Shown here: one piece after another, positions 63,175 to 64,000 of the stretch
Numbering within the stretch: position 1 is the first letter of the stretch
Layout: every line of letters starts with the position of its first letter
DNA from: an uncultured bacterium
GTDB taxonomy: Bacteria; Patescibacteriota; Patescibacteriia; SG8-24; DYFX01
NCBI GenBank assembly: GCA_937900255.1
Contig: CALCDZ010000004.1
Coordinates: 100,413 to 164,412 of the forward strand
Length of the DNA stretch: 64,000 nucleotides
Direction of reading: 5' to 3'
Program-made: the position numbers and the translations under genes
The notes under the pieces: generated by a model
Told to the model about the DNA's origin: nothing
Databases searched by the model: none
The model's input: the letters and a program-made list of their open reading frames with translations, nothing else

Positions 63175-64000
63175 ATGATGAAGATCCCACGTGCCGTCAT
63201 TCCACCGAAGAAGATCCTGGCGGCCGTCCTTCTTGGGGCGGCCTGTTTTTTGCGCCCCGCCCTCCCGGCCGCGGCCGCCATCCCGAACGACCCGCAGTAC
63301 CATCGGGAATGGTATGCCGACGCCGTGCACCTGCCTGATGCCTGGGATTTTTCCAAAGGGGTACCGTCGGTGACCGTCGCCGTGCTCGACAGCGGCGTCG
63401 ACCTCTCGCATCCCGACCTGCGCGACCGCATCTGGACCAATCCGCGCGAGATTCCCGGCAACGGCATCGACGACGACAAGGACGGTTACGTGGACGACGT
63501 CTACGGCTGGGATTTCGTCGACAATGACGCGGACCCGGACCCCGAGGTGAAAGACGGCGGGCAGCAAGAAGGGTCCCAGCACGGCACGCTCGTGGCGGGC
63601 ATCATCGCGGCCGCCGGCGACAACGCCGAGGGCGTGACGGGTGCCGCCTGGAACGTCCGCATCATGCCGCTGCGGGTACTCGACAGCCAGGGCAACGGCA
63701 GTACCGACGCCGTCATCAAGGCCGTCCGCTATGCCGTGGCCAAAGGCGCGAGGATCATCAACCTCAGCTTCGAAGGTTCGGGCTACAGCCAGCCGTTGGC
63801 CGACGCGCTGCGCAAGGCGCACGACGCCGGCGTGCTCATCGTCGCTTCGGCCGGCAACGAAGGCGATACCGAACGCGGAGGCGACTTGAACGAGTATCCG
63901 AGCTACCCCGTCTGCTATCGCGGCGCCCATGACGAGCGCATCGTGTTCGGCGTCGCCTCGCTCGACCGTGCCGGCGTCAAATCGAGCTTCTCGAGCTACG
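63175..64000 (+). CDS. S8 subtilisin-like serine peptidase, truncated by the window end (absent from ORF track)
   Basis: Signal peptide, IPNDP, VAVLDSG (Asp), HGTLVAG (His), INLS, SAGN. Confidence 0.93.
   Translation, partial: MMKIPRAVIPPKKILAAVLLGAACFLRPALPAAAAIPNDPQYHREWYADAVHLPDAWDFSKGVPSVTVAVLDSGVDLSHPDLRDRIWTNPREIPGNGIDDDKDGYVDDVYGWDFVDNDADPDPEVKDGGQQEGSQHGTLVAGIIAAAGDNAEGVTGAAWNVRIMPLRVLDSQGNGSTDAVIKAVRYAVAKGARIINLSFEGSGYSQPLADALRKAHDAGVLIVASAGNEGDTERGGDLNEYPSYPVCYRGAHDERIVFGVASLDRAGVKSSFSSY

Overview
High-GC bacterial chromosome segment using the standard genetic code (TGA is a stop). It is most likely a Patescibacteria/CPR organism of the Uhrbacteria/Magasanikbacteria type; this is inferred from LGAGC lipoboxes, S-layer-like paralogues, a DUF5667-like anti-sigma candidate and the long Ala/Phe-rich tmRNA tag. 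Core content: a sensor kinase, an ApbE/FMN-binding flavinylation pair, tRNA-Asp, infC-rpmI-rplT, a complete Rrf2-sufBDSUCT operon, a cold-shock gene, smpB-ssrA, glycan-synthesis genes, an ECF sigma factor, two S-layer-like genes and a subtilase. The main feature is a ~10.6 kb lower-GC element (26606-37238) integrated at the 3' end of ssrA between 11-bp direct repeats. Its attachment site lies inside the reading frame of its own large serine recombinase. When integrated, the enzyme ends in a tail read from antisense tmRNA, while an alternative in-frame C-terminus sits at the far end of the element and would be rejoined only on excision. The element also carries a tyrosine recombinase, an excisionase-like HTH, a replication-initiator-like gene with internal 21-bp-phased iterons, a structured leader RNA and a three-gene candidate defence operon (1266-aa nuclease-like protein, membrane protein, HEPN protein). 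Elsewhere there are myxobacterial-style Cys-rich lipoproteins, a collagen/beta-barrel-like protein, unannotated small ORFs and structured non-coding regions. All family calls come from motif recognition, not database searches.
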